This document shows, one piece after another, positions 42,336 through 58,570 of a DNA stretch of 64,000 nucleotides. The notes beneath the pieces were generated by a model, which saw only the letters and a list, made by a program, of their open reading frames with translations, had not been told where the DNA came from and did not search any database. Made by a program: the position numbers and the translations under genes. Each line of letters starts with the position of its first letter. The first letter of the stretch is position 1. Origin of the DNA: Octopus vulgaris (taxonomy: Eukaryota). The stretch covers positions 99,014,001 through 99,078,000 of the forward strand of contig OX597821.1 in assembly GCA_951406725.2 (NCBI GenBank), given 5' to 3'.

Positions 42336-42433
42336 GTTAATCCAAACACGAAAGCACAAAAAAACACAACAACGCGAGGACGTGGAACAAATATAGTATT
42401 ATTGGACGCTCAAGAAGGAAGGGAAGAAGGAGG

Positions 42434-42468
42434 ATTTAACGTTTCGAGCGGAGCTCTTCGTCGGAAAC
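42434..42468 (-). ncRNA. Minimal hammerhead, U4C core, in an about 200-bp element (42335-42540)
   Basis: GTTT-CCGACGA-A-GAGC-TCC-GCTC-GAAA-CG-TT-AAAT. Confidence 0.7.
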
Positions 42469-42806
42469 ATAGGAGAAGGAAAGATCCAGAGAAGGGAAGA
42501 CAGAGGAAAAAAAATCGCCAACGGTACACACGCGGCCGTATGTATGTATGTATATTTCTATAGACACATATTCAAACACGAGCATATTTTAATAACGACG
42601 AAAAATGCTGGATAACGAATTCTTCAATGGAATTTGCATTAAATCTTAACTCCAGTGATTAAAAAAAAGTAACATTCATCCATTATCATTGACGAGACAT
42701 TCTCTCATAAATATTGGCAGGGTGTCACATTTTGTATTTCCAGCTTTAAATTGCTGGAAACCACTGGTACCAGAAATTTACAGTAAGATATATATATATA
42801 TATATA

Positions 42807-43206
42807 TCTTTTACTCTCTTTTACTTGTTTCAGTCATTTGACTGCGGACATGCTGAAGCACCGCCTTTAATCGAGCAACTCGACCCCGGGACTTATTCTT
42901 TTGTAAGCCCAGTACTTATTCTATCGGTCTCTTTTGCCGAACCGCTAAGTAACGGGGACATAAACACACCAGCATCGGTTGTCAAGCAATGCTAGTGGGA
43001 CAAACACAGACACACAAACGCATACATATATATACATATATACGACGGGCTTCTTTCAAAATCCGTCTACCAAATCCACTGACAAGGCTTTGGTCGGCCC
43101 GAGGCTATAGTAGAAGACACTTGCCCAAGGTGCCACGCAGTGGGACTGAACCCGGAACCATGTGGTTGGTAAACAAGCTACTTACCACACAGCCACTCCT
43201 GCGCCT
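42807..43206 (-). mobile_element. SINE family A
   Basis: Full-length match. Confidence 0.92.
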
Positions 43207-43727
43207 ATATATATATATTCGTTCCATCAGTAATGATGAAATGGCGGTAGGGGGATTATGTAATATGCATTACATGTTCTCATCCAGACGCAGTCAAAGG
43301 TCACCCATACCTGTGTCTCATGATCAACAAAAATTATGACTTGACCTTTCAGCTAACAGTGTGCAAAAAAGAATGACAGCTTATATTGTGTGTGGCTCAT
43401 GAAAACCAGGCTCTAACCGAATATACATAGATTATTACACAATTGTGTGGTTAAGACGTTTGTTTTCTAACAACTTGATTCCTCGTTCTATTGCACTTCA
43501 TAGAACCTTGGACAAGAACCTTCAGCTCTAGCCCCCAACTCTAGCACCGGGCCAACAAAAAAAAAACTATGAATGGATTTGGTAGATGGAAACTGAAAGA
43601 AACTCCTCAGCCGAAATTACTACGATGATCCGGTTCTTGACTGAAGACTGAGGGTTTCGAATGTCCTGTCCGTGTTTATTGTATCGTCTTCTAAGAGTTA
43701 TACGTTCTTGTCCATGTTGTATTTTTC

Positions 43728-43798
<71 letters not shown>

Positions 43799-44158
43799 AT
43801 GTGTATGTATGTATATGTATGTATGCATGTATATGTGCATGTATATGCATGCGAGTGTGCGTATACACACATACACGAAGTAATTGCACACCGTCTACAA
43901 GCCTAATATTTCGTGCATAATTAGGGAGTCATCAACAAATTCGGAAATTTGGTCTACTCAAATTAGTATAAGAAATACTTCTTTGAGTATCCCAATTTCA
44001 AGTTTCTTTTACTTGTCTGATGATTGCTTAGATATTTTTCTTGGTTAATATCATCTCAGCGCTACGATGTGTTGTAATGGGGTGTATATATCTTTCCCTC
44101 TAATATATGAATCCAGTATTGTATTTTTGGTCTTCTAATTATCCAGTATGTGTGTGTA

Positions 44159-44225
<67 letters not shown>

Positions 44226-44254
44226 ATATATATATATGTGTATATATATGTTTT

Positions 44255-44296
<42 letters not shown>

Positions 44297-44303
44297 GTGT
44301 ATA

Positions 44304-44346
<43 letters not shown>

Positions 44347-44381
44347 TATGTATATACATATATGTATATATATATGTATAC

Positions 44382-44448
<67 letters not shown>

Positions 44449-44452
44449 CTTA

Positions 44453-44690
44453 TACTTGTTTCAGTCATTATGACTACTTGTTTCAGCATTTGACTCAGCT
44501 GGGCACCACCATGAAATTTTAGTCGAATATATCAACCCCAGTACTTATTTCTTTAAACCGTGATACTTACTATTTTGGTCTCTTTTGCCGAACTGCTAAG
44601 TTCGAGAACGTAAACACACCAGCACCGGTTATTAAGCGCTGTTTGAGGACAAATACACACACAAAGACACACATACAGATATACATATAC
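44453..44690 (-). mobile_element. SINE family A, 3' half, diverged
   Basis: Family match. Confidence 0.75.
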
Positions 44691-45524
44691 ATATAACTAA
44701 TTACTGTGAATAAAACCAAGAGTGCGTTGCATTCCGTATATTAATAAGTTAAAAAATGTATCGTAAATGTATGAACGAAAGACAGACATAGAATGGCAAC
44801 TTCACCCAAGTCACGCATGCGTCTATCATTCAACTACTGTAATAGTAGAATATTCTTTAGGCCGCGATTTACTCACACGCAGCATCTTTCAGAGCTTGTC
44901 GCTAATTCCGTTCTTAACCAAATCGAAAACTGTTATCGTTTTTGAAGAGGACTGGTCCGTAGCTACATTTTGGCATAAAAAAATTGAGATTTGATCCAGT
45001 AGAAAAAAGTTTACATCAAAATTTTTAGTAATGTTATAGGAGCGTAAATAACGTCACCACTCAAGTATAGATCTAAATAACTTTTTCTTTTATTTTAACA
45101 GCAAAATATATTTATCTTAGCTTCAATGATGGAAGAAAGCTCAAAGAATTTCATAGTTTTGTTCCCATGCAACAAAAACTTGTATAAAAAAAGTCGAGGT
45201 AAAATATGAAAAAAATATAAGGCAAAAAATTGGATTTACGTATAATTAACTTCTTTATTTTAAAAACAACCTAATTAAGCTTAAATGATAGAGCTCATTT
45301 CGGGGCATTTCATGGGATCAATCTCATGCAATGAAGTTTTAAAAGAGAAGTTATGAGTGTTTGTTTCTCAAATTTGAGGGCGACAATATAGTTCTATACT
45401 TTTTTATGAATATAGTTCTTCTATAAGGGGACTTTTAATATATGTTACTGGCATCATTGAGGTAAGGAATAAGTTATCAACGACACCGCTAATTGATACA
45501 TTTGACACATTATTAATTAGCATA

Positions 45525-46419
45525 CTAGCATAGCCTGGAAAAAGCATGGATTACATGGAAAAATGCGAGCAAGAGGAATAATATTCTTAAGATTATAAAC
45601 CTGGAAAATTATAGGACAAGTTATTACACTTGGAAAAGTTCAGAACAACTTATTACATCTGGTAAAGTACAGAACAAGAACATTTTTACTTAAAATATTG
45701 CAGCTGGGGATAAAATTTGAATATTAAAAGTAACATTATAATTTTTAAAAAAAGGGACCATCATTTTGTTAAAATATTGACACACTGGAATATTTTTAAA
45801 AATGAGAGCCAGAAGTACCAATTTAGCTAAAGGTTTATTCAAAGTAGAATAGTATATATGGTAGGCAAATTCATTATGTCAAAAATAGGCATTGGGTCAA
45901 GACTAAAAATGCAAAGACTTGGTAAGACCTTAGACAAAAATTCAAGCAAATTTACGGTAAATTTGTTGTTATAGGTAGATTTTACTGTAATATATAACTA
46001 ACTTTTGTATTATTCTATTTATTCTACTAATTATGTACTACTATTATTATTTATAACCTATTTTCAAATTTCGAATTATTAACTAATAGTTTTAAAAAAT
46101 GAATATTTTCGAAATGCAAAAAATATTTTGAGTTATTTTTTTATTTTCAATCGAAGTAACAAGTACTGACAAATAGAAGTAATAACTTGGAATAAAATTC
46201 TTCAGTTTTAATAAAAGCTAATATTTTTTAAATCCAAATATTTTATTTGAAACTTTATCCTTAGCTGTAATATTTTAAGTAAAAATTTTCTTGTTCTGTA
46301 CTTTACCAGCTGTAATGAGTTGTCCTGAACTTTTCCGAGTATAAATAACTTGTCCTGTAATTTTCCGGGTTTATAATCTTAAGAATATTATTTCTCTTGC
46401 TCACATTTGTTCATGTAAT
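45525..46419. mobile_element. Element with about 170-bp inverted repeats (foldback MITE, or Helitron carrying an IR)
   Basis: 45550-45722 is inverted at 46247-46419. A CTAG end lies just outside the left arm. Confidence 0.75.
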
Positions 46420-46447
46420 ATATATATATATACTCATACGTATGTCC

Positions 46448-46608
<161 letters not shown>

Positions 46609-46769
46609 CAAAACAGTAGCAGCAGAACTCTTGTCGCAAATGCATAGATGTGTGGGTTCGAGTCTCATACGTTCGGCAAACCCTACTTTTTTCGTTGTGG
46701 GCTTTATATGTAAACTATTTACCTTAGTCAATGCACGGTGATCGCTTTAAGTTTTAAGATATAAAATAT

Positions 46770-46818
<49 letters not shown>

Positions 46819-46876
46819 GATGATAGATAGATAGATAGATAGACAGTCAGATAGATGAATTGATAGATAGACAGTC

Positions 46877-46944
<68 letters not shown>

Positions 46945-47365
46945 GTTTTACAATGATAAACACACACATTATGTATTTATATATATATTATATAATGTGT
47001 GCATGCGCGTGCGCGTAGGTAAATTAGTAACTGTATATTATGCATCTTTGTGCTTATTCGCCCGTATCTCAACGCTGTGTGTGCGTGGCTTTGTGCGTTT
47101 TCTCGAGTACCTGCGCGTGTGTTTGTATACATATATTTTTCTGTTTTGTTTTTTTTTGTCTTCTTTTTTTCACCTAGTAAGCCTGCCTTATAGTTTCTCG
47201 CTGATAATGCCTCCCCTTTATATTGCGAAAATGTAATACATTCTTCCTAAATAAATCGCACTTCACATATGAGGCTACGGTGAGGCTATAGGATGTTATT
47301 CAGGCACTCAACTAAGGGTCCACTTCATCTTGGAGCAGAAGTAGCTATAAGCTAATGAAGTTCAT

Positions 47366-47845
47366 AGGTGCAGGAGTGGCTGTGTGGTAAGTAGCTTGTC
47401 TACCAACCACATGGTTACAGGTTCAGTCCCACTAGGAGTGGCTGTGTGGTAAGTAGCTTGTTTACCAACCACATGGTTCCGGGCTCAGTCCCACTGCGTG
47501 GCACCTTCGGCAAGTGTCTTCTACTATAGCCTCGGGCCGACCAAAGCCTTGTGAGTGGATTTGGTAGACGGAAACTGAAAGAAGCCCGTCGTATATATGT
47601 ATATGTGTATGTGTACGTGTGTGTGTTTGTGTGTCTGTGTTTGTCACCCTAGCATTGCTTGACAACCGATGCTGGTGCGTTTATGTCCCCGTTACTTAGC
47701 GGTTCGGCAAAAGAGACCGATAGAATAAGTACTGGGCTTACAAAAAGAATAAGTCCCGGGGTCGAGTTGCTCGATTAAAGGCGGTGCTCCAGCATGGCCG
47801 CAGTCAAATGACTGAAACAAGTAAAAGAGTAAAGAGTAAAGAGAG
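47366..47845 (+). mobile_element. SINE family A with duplicated 62-bp head
   Basis: AGGAGTGGCTGTG starts at 47372 and again at 47434. Confidence 0.92.
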
Positions 47846-48387
47846 AGTATAACCATGGTTTTTTCTTTTTTTTTTTCTTTTTTTCTGTCATCTCTTTCTC
47901 TTTGTATAAACACACACGTACATCTACACATAAACGTATTGTTTACTTCCTTAGTGTAGAAGACGGGACATGTTGCCCATGAGTTTTGCATACCCTCCGA
48001 GATCAGTTAGCTTCTTGCTCAATGCTGAGGCAGTCCCGCTCCATCAGCATTAACATGAATGGGAAGAGACGCCATAAAAGGACATAAAAAAAGGGGGGTT
48101 GTGCGTGACCGAATAAATTGCACGCAGCAAGGTGACAAAAGATGAAGTAATGGGTGTATATAACTACTATTAAAAAAAGAAAAATTGGAAACCCTAGTCG
48201 TCAAAGATGACAGTTTGACTAATCATAGAAAATAGTGCATCCAATCAGAACAGTGGCTGAGACCACTGATAAAATTCTTACCTAATGACTCCGCACTTCT
48301 TATTTCAATGGTAATTTTCCTCATAACTTTCTAAGAAATGCATAACTTTTGCACAGATGCATTTTCAGCTGTGTAGATTACTCTTTA

Positions 48388-48783
48388 ATCTTTACTCTTT
48401 TACTTGTTTCAGTCATTTGACTGCGGCCATGCTGGAGCACCGCCTTTAGTCGAGCAACTCGACCCCGGGACTTATTCTTTTGTAAGCCCAGTACTTATTC
48501 TATCGAACTCTTTTGCCGAACCGCTAAGTAACGGGGACATAAACACACCAGCATCGGTTGTCAAGCAATGCTAAGGGGACAAACACAGACACACAAACAC
48601 ACATCGCATATATAAATATATACATATATACGACGGGCTTCTTTCAGTTTCCGTCTACCAAATCCACTCACAAGGCTTTGGTCGGCCCGAGGCTATAGTA
48701 AAAGACACTTGCCCAAGGTGCCACGCAGTGGGACTGAACCCGGAACCATGTGGTTCGTAAACAAGCTACTTACCACACGGCCA
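48388..48783 (-). mobile_element. SINE family A
   Basis: Family match. Confidence 0.92.
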
Positions 48784-49084
48784 TGATAATATTTAAAAAT
48801 GTGAGCCTTGGATCATTCTCTCCAACCCCCAAACATTATATTTCTATTTACTTCTCTTTAAAATATCGACGTTTTAAATTAAATTTTTAAGAAATACGGA
48901 TTTTTTTTTCAAGTGTAGATATTACATAATGTTTCTAATATATAAATTTGAAAAAAGTGAAAAAATACTTAAAAACTTACGGAAATTAGAAGTAACAAAG
49001 TTGGGTGGGATGGAAAGAATGATTAGAAACTCTTCAAAAATTTATTTTATTATTATGTGTATTATATATACATGCACATCGTTT

Positions 49085-49330
49085 ATCTTTTACTTATTTA
49101 AGTCATTAGACTGTGGGGATGATGGGTCACAGACTTGAAGAATTTTAGTCGAACGAATCGACCACAGTACTTATTTAGTTTTTGGAATCTAGTAATACTA
49201 TCGACTTTATTGCCGAACCGCTAGACTACGGGGATGTAAACGCACCTACACCGGTTGTCAAACGGTGATGGTGGAACAACCACAGAGAGAAAGACACACA
49301 CACACATATATACACAAACACACACATACA
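49085..49330 (-). mobile_element. SINE family A, 3' half, diverged
   Basis: Family match. Confidence 0.7.
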
Positions 49331-49345
49331 CATATATACATACAC

Positions 49346-49400
<55 letters not shown>

Positions 49401-49403
<3 letters not shown>

Positions 49404-49686
49404 CTGTAAAATAATATGTGACAATTATTCAATAACCAAAATAAAACTCTGAGTTTCGGATGCCGAGGTGGAAATCCACAACACCATCTTTTCGGTTATC
49501 TGGCGTTTTTCAGATGGCAAGATAACTGAAAAGATGGTGTTGTGGATTTCCACCTCGGCATCCGAAACTCAGAGTTTTATCTTGGCTATTGAATAATTGT
49601 CACATATTATTTTACAGATAAATTTCCTCTATTTACATGATATTGAGGTTTCTTTCTTTCTTTCTTTTGTTATCTTACCGTTTTTA

Positions 49687-49690
<4 letters not shown>
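49401..49690. mobile_element. Foldback mini-element (100-bp arms) with HHR-like motifs, between (TA)n tracts
   Basis: Arms 49401-49500 and 49521-49620. AAGATAA-CTGAAAA..stem II..GAAA-CTCAGAG-TT-TTATCTT. Confidence 0.8.
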
Positions 49691-49775
<85 letters not shown>

Positions 49776-50088
49776 AGAGAGAGAGAGAGAGAGAGAGAGT
49801 TGCGAATAAGGGGTTCAACGTTGGTCATATGTCAACGTGTGTATATAAAAATTCTTTTTTCATTATGAGATTAAAAAACCAAAGCTGAGTAGATTTTAGA
49901 GCATTTATAGATACCGTTGGATTTTACTCATAACGTATTAGAATCTTACATGTATACCATTTTGCCTTAAAAATGGATCTACAAATTCAATATCCTTATA
50001 TATCTCACATCTATTTTCTTTCCTCAACCTCACTCTCTATTTTGTATCCTATCTATATTAACTATTACTTAACTTATTCTCTCACACC

Positions 50089-50136
50089 GTCTCCGATGAA
50101 GGGATATAATAAATGTCCTGGAAACGGCTGTAAGAC
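50089..50136 (+). ncRNA. Hammerhead ribozyme, U4C core, in a probable PLE 3' end (about 49800-50200)
   Basis: GTCT-CCGATGA-A-GGGATAT..ATGTCCT-G-GAAA-CGGCTG-TA-AGAC. Confidence 0.75.
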
Positions 50137-50516
50137 CTTCTATCTATAAATGTTATAAAATCTACCCAGCCTTGTTTTTTTTTTATCTCATTACGAAAAA
50201 ATTATGTGTGTGTGTGTGTGTGTGTATTTATAAACACACATACATAATCAATTCAAATAAACGAATAATAAAATTAACAAACAGCAGGACTGCACAAGGA
50301 ATCTATTAGTTTGATGCTTAGTTTTTGACGTTTCGAGCATAGCTATGTGTACATGAGTTTAGTAGACCTTCTGAGCTCAGTTAGCTTTATGCACCATGTT
50401 TTTTTTAAACCCAGGTAGTCGACATGAATGGGAAAATGCAAAAGATATCGTGCTAGGGAAGGACGTAAAAAAAGGGATTTGTGCGTGACCGAATAAGTTG
50501 CATATATATGTATACG

Positions 50517-50658
<142 letters not shown>

Positions 50659-50962
50659 CCGAATAAGTTGCATATATATGTATATATATATATAATAACA
50701 ATTTAATAGATAAAACATATGCATACATACATACTTATTTGTACATACCTACATCTATATGTATATATACATGCATATATGAGTACAGGACACCACAAAC
50801 GTAGAACACAACGAGAAACGAAAACATAAAATCAAACAAGGAAACGGACTTTTTTTAACAACGAAAAAAACAGAGTACAAGACAAACAATACAAGGAATA
50901 TTCCCCTTTTATCAACTGCCCCTGTTTCGACTCAATGCGTGTTTCGAAGGTAATGTGTGTGT

Positions 50963-51009
<47 letters not shown>

Positions 51010-51044
51010 CATGTATCTATCTCTATCCACACATAGATATGTAC

Positions 51045-51364
<320 letters not shown>

Positions 51365-51897
51365 AATTGAATACAGAATTCTCTTTCGAAATAATTCATA
51401 TTCCGATAAATGTGTGTGTGTGTTTGTCAGTGTGTTGAAGACATTACTTTCAACGCAGTGTGAGTGTGTGTGCGTCTTAGTGCTCAAATGTATAAATTGG
51501 TGAATTCCCATTATTTCAAATCAACATGTATGCTTTGTTTTCAAGTTGATTTTTTTTTCGTTTTGAATATATGCTATGAAAATATATTTCCCGCGAAATT
51601 TACGACACAAGTTTATAGTGACATTCTGACGATAATATCTACTCCTCCAGGCATTTTAAAAATTTCTCACTAGACGTCGATGCAATTATAATTCATCCAC
51701 TTTCCCCTCACTTAGATTTAACACCTCTCACTACCACTTACATTATCTCTCTATCTGTAGTATCAGTCTCACTACCAGTGTAATAGTGAGCAATAATAAC
51801 ATTGTAGCTTTTACTTGTTTCAGTCATTGGATTGCGGTCACCGCCTTGAAGGAGTTTTTCAGTCGACTTTTTTTTTTTATTCTCTTAACCGAACCGC

Positions 51898-51956
<59 letters not shown>

Positions 51957-52050
51957 TCTCTTAATTTACTATCATTCTCTTAACCGAACCGCTAAGTTGA
52001 ACAAAACAATACCTATTATCAAGGTATCAAGTTACATATATATGTATACG

Positions 52051-52098
<48 letters not shown>

Positions 52099-52263
52099 TA
52101 TGTATGTATCTATCTCTATCCACACACACACACACACAGATGTACATATCTGATATATACATATAGATATGTACATATCTGAATTGATATATATATACCT
52201 ATTCTGAGGGACAAATACAACTCAAATATAAAGACACACACACACACGCACACGCACGCGCAT

Positions 52264-54036
<1,773 letters not shown>

Positions 54037-54061
54037 GTATATATACGTATGTATATATACG

Positions 54062-54113
<52 letters not shown>

Positions 54114-54250
54114 TATACACACATAAATAGATACATACATGCATGCGTACAGACATACATACATAATTACATACATACATATGTATGAATGTAGGAGACA
54201 ATGACACAAATAAACAGATAAAATTCTCAGAGTTTGATATACAGAATATA

Positions 54251-54312
<62 letters not shown>

Positions 54313-54403
54313 TGTTGTATCTGCGGAGAGTCATTCTCTTTTATTGCCTTATAATTTAACACACTCACCGGTAAAATTTCCACTTATTTCTTATTTTTAT
54401 TTT

Positions 54404-54442
54404 CCTAAAATTTTCGTTGCGTCTTGCAACCTTTTCAATAGG
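54404..54442 (-). ncRNA. Hammerhead variant with U3-A8 compensatory core
   Basis: CCTA-TTGAAAA-G-GTTGC-AAGAC-GCAAC-GAAA-AT-TT-TAGG. Confidence 0.65.
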
Positions 54443-54479
54443 CTTGAAACTACGATTGACAGTGTTCAAGACAATTACA

Positions 54480-55130
54480 TGATCCTGTAAAAGGTTCATG
54501 TCTCACATGAGTAAAGAAGCTATGTCAGTACACACGCACGGTACACAGCAACTTTTGTTCGCCTTGTGATTCCATGTTGGGGTCAGACAAGAGACTGTAA
54601 GAATCAGTTGCCTTTTGCAAACTATTTTACCATACAAAGAACAAGAACGGCTCAGTGTGCTGCCCAGGTAGACAAACTTGTCTACCACTTTCGGTTCTGT
54701 TCCTTCAACTAAGATGCTTTCACAACAATCTTGTCCAGGCTAATGCTGGGTCCAAATGTCTTGCAAAATGCAGAGAAAATATCCATGAGAATTTGCATAA
54801 CATCATCTGAATGGACAGCTAAATCGCAATCATACACATAAAGGAGGTCACGAATAAAAGACTTGAAACCTTTCGAACTTGCAGTAAATCGACGCAAGTT
54901 GAAGAGAAGACCAGAAGTTCAGTATCACATATCTCAGAAGAGCAATCCGTAACAAATAATGTGAGAGTATAGCAAAATACAAGGAAAAGGGAGTTGGGAC
55001 AAGGATGTCACCTTGCTTGACACCATTCTCTACGGGGATTGGTCCCGCTAAAGACCCAAAAGTTCCATTCTATCATGAAATGATTTAGTTATCGATACAA
55101 AGGGACTCGGACAACTTGACTTGCACAAGG
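54480..55130 (-). mobile_element. RTE-clade LINE RT fragment
   Basis: Motifs GVKQGDILVPTPFSLYFA, FIRDLLYVYDCDL and VVDKFVYLGSTLSR. Confidence 0.85.
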
Positions 55131-55161
55131 GCGGTCTTTTGGGAGTGAGGATATACATTCA

Positions 55162-55735
55162 TCTATATTTTAAATAAATTTTTTTCTTACACCATTTGCA
55201 TACGTATGCAAAGACAATTTCCGCACGACTTAATCTCTCCAGAAACAAGTATAAAGCAAGAGGGATTGTCGAAAACCCGAAAGCGAGAGTCTGAAGAGAG
55301 AATCTACATGAGATTTTCTCAAGATCAGCAAATGCATGTTTTAATGGTTAGACAGAGGTCCAATAGAATAGTTCTCAGAAACAAACTACGCACAAATTCG
55401 TTCTTCACAATTCCTGAAGCTGTTTTCAGATATGATCCATCCCTTTCATATAAAAATAATAACTATGTCCAAATTGTCTTTTCTGTAGAGCTTTAAAATT
55501 TTCAAATGAAACAAATGTGCTCCTCTGGCGGTCAGGTAACATTGCCAGCACTACCAGCTCCTTCTCAACCTCTTATGGATCTTCTAGAAGGCATTTCCAT
55601 CCAGTCAAAGGATTTTCTGAACAATATCAGACAATACAACTCTGCAATTGACATGTTGCCCTTTCCCATATCACCTGTTTCAACATAACAAACTATGCCA
55701 TTTTAATCCCAAACAACGCCGGTTGTCTCCGCTAG
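55162..55735 (+). mobile_element. Deleted Helitron with Rep fragment
   Basis: 'CSSGGQVTLPALPAP..SKDFLNNIRQYNSA'. 3' end CCCAAACAACGCCGG..CCGCTAG|T. Confidence 0.8.
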
Positions 55736-55847
55736 TATATATATATATATATTCACACGGGTATATCTTTATGATGAGTTCAATATTGATTTCCTTATAT
55801 TCATAATAATAATAATATATTATTAAAAAATATATTGCTTACGAACT

Positions 55848-55968
55848 ACATGGATCCGGGTTCGGTCCTACTGCGTGGCATCTTGGGCAACTGTCTTCTA
55901 CTATAGCCTCGGGCCGACCAAAGCCTTGTGAGTGGATTTAGTAGACGGAAACTGAAAGAAGCCCGTCG

Positions 55969-56029
<61 letters not shown>

Positions 56030-56237
56030 ATGTGTCTGTGTTTGCCCCCCAGCATCGCTTGACAACCGATGGTGGTGTATTTACGTCCCCGTAACTTAGC
56101 GATTCGGCAATAGAGACCGATAGAATAAGTACTAGGCTTACAAAGAATAAGTCCTGGGGTCGATTTGATTCGACTAAAGGCGGTGCTCCAGCATGGCCGC
56201 AGTCAAATGACTGAAACAAGTAAAAGAGTAAAAGAGT
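55848..56237 (+). mobile_element. SINE family A, 5'-truncated
   Basis: Family match. Confidence 0.9.
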
Positions 56238-56727
56238 ATATATATATAGCAAACGTATATGGTATATATAATACTTTATATAATATTTAAATATTACGTG
56301 TGTGTGTATATAAATGCATGTGCGTGAATGTATGTATGTATGTATGTATGTATGTATGTATGTACGTATGTATGTATGTATGTGTGCATGTATGTATGTA
56401 TGTATGTATGTATGTATGTATAACATCAACTAACTCTTATTAGTTTCATTGGACTGCAGCTAAGCGGGGGCACTGCATTGAAGGGTTTTTATTCGAACTA
56501 GTCGACCCCAGTACTTAGTTTTTTTAAGCCTCGTACACTCTGTATAGGTCTATTTGCTGAACCGCTATAATAGGGGGACGTAAACATCGGCTGTCAAACG
56601 GTAGTAGAGGAAAACACACAAACAGAAAGACGCGCGCACACGCACACACACACACAATACATTATTACTGAAAGTTATAATGTATTAAATGTAGACTTTA
56701 AAAAATAACATTATATTTGTAAAGTAT

Positions 56728-56960
56728 AGACGGCGAGCTGGCAGAGACGTTAGCGCGCCGGACGAAAGGCTTAGCGGTATTTCGTCTGTCGTTACGTTCT
56801 GAGTTCAAATTCCGCCGAGGTCAACTTTGCCTTTCATCCTTTCGGGGTCGATAAATAAAGTACTAGTTTCGCACTGGGGGCGATATAATCGACTCAATCC
56901 CTTCGTCTGTCCTTGTTTGTCCCCTCTATGTTTAGCCCCTTGTGGGCAGTAAAGAAATAT
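56728..56960 (+). mobile_element. SINE family B
   Basis: Family match. Confidence 0.9.
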
Positions 56961-57542
56961 ATATTTGTAAAGTATCGCTTCTGGAGAATCGACAGATTTG
57001 TGTGTGTTTATAGGGGGGGGTATGTATACGACAGGCTTCTTTCACATTCGCTCTACCAAATGCAGATACAGAGCTTTAGTCGGCCCGAGACGATTGTTGA
57101 AGAAACTTACTGAGGGTGGGGGGCACGCAATTGGAGTGAACCCGGAAGCATGCGGGAGGGAATCGAACTCCCCACCTGTAAATATACATACATACATACA
57201 CGCACACACAGGCACATACAAGCACAAACGCAGCAATACACACACACACGCACACACATATAGTAACACACAACACGAACAGACAAACATGCAAACACAC
57301 ACACATACATATATACATACGCACTCAGACACAGATACATACATGCATACACACACTTATATGCATGCATACATACATAACGTACATACATACATACATA
57401 CATACATACATACATACATACATACATACATACACACATACATACATACATACATACATACATACATACATACATGTGTATGCGCACGCACACTGACCCA
57501 CACGCATGCGCACAAACAAAGAGAGCGCATCTTGGATAACGA

Positions 57543-57579
57543 CTATTGACAAGGTTGCAAGAAGCAACGAAAATTTTAG
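57543..57579 (+). ncRNA. Hammerhead variant with U3-A8 compensatory core
   Basis: CTA-TTGACAA-G-GTTGC-AAGAA-GCAAC-GAAA-AT-TT-TAG. Confidence 0.65.
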
Positions 57580-57737
57580 CAAAAATAAGTAAGTAAATGA
57601 GTAAAAACTTTACTGGTGAATGTATTAAAAAAAGAATAAATTTCCCCAGTCGCAACAAAATATGCTTCAACACACGAACTCACATAAAGAATCTTGCAAA
57701 CTAAAACCCAAAACGAAATATATATCTATATATATCT

Positions 57738-58202
<465 letters not shown>

Positions 58203-58218
58203 ATGCCAGTATGTGTAT

Positions 58219-58570
58219 GCAGGAGTGGCTGTATGGTAAATAATTTGCTTACCAACCGCATGGTTCTGGGTTCAGTCCCAGTGCGTGGCACTTCCGGTAA
58301 GTGTCTTCTACTATAGCCTCGGGCTGACTAAAGCCTTGTGAGTCGATTTGGTAGCCGGAAACTGAAAAGAACCGTCATGTTTATGTCTCTGTTTCTTCCC
58401 CCACCTTCGCTTGACAATTGATGCTAATGTGATTACGTCCCGTAGCCTAGCGGTTCGGCAAAAGAAACCGATAGAATAAGCGCTAAGCTTACAAACAATA
58501 AGTCCTGGGGGGTTAATTTGTTCAACTAAAGGTGGTACTCCACAGTGAAATAAATAAAAGTAAAAGAAAA
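58219..58570 (+). mobile_element. SINE family A, diverged
   Basis: Family match. Confidence 0.85.
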
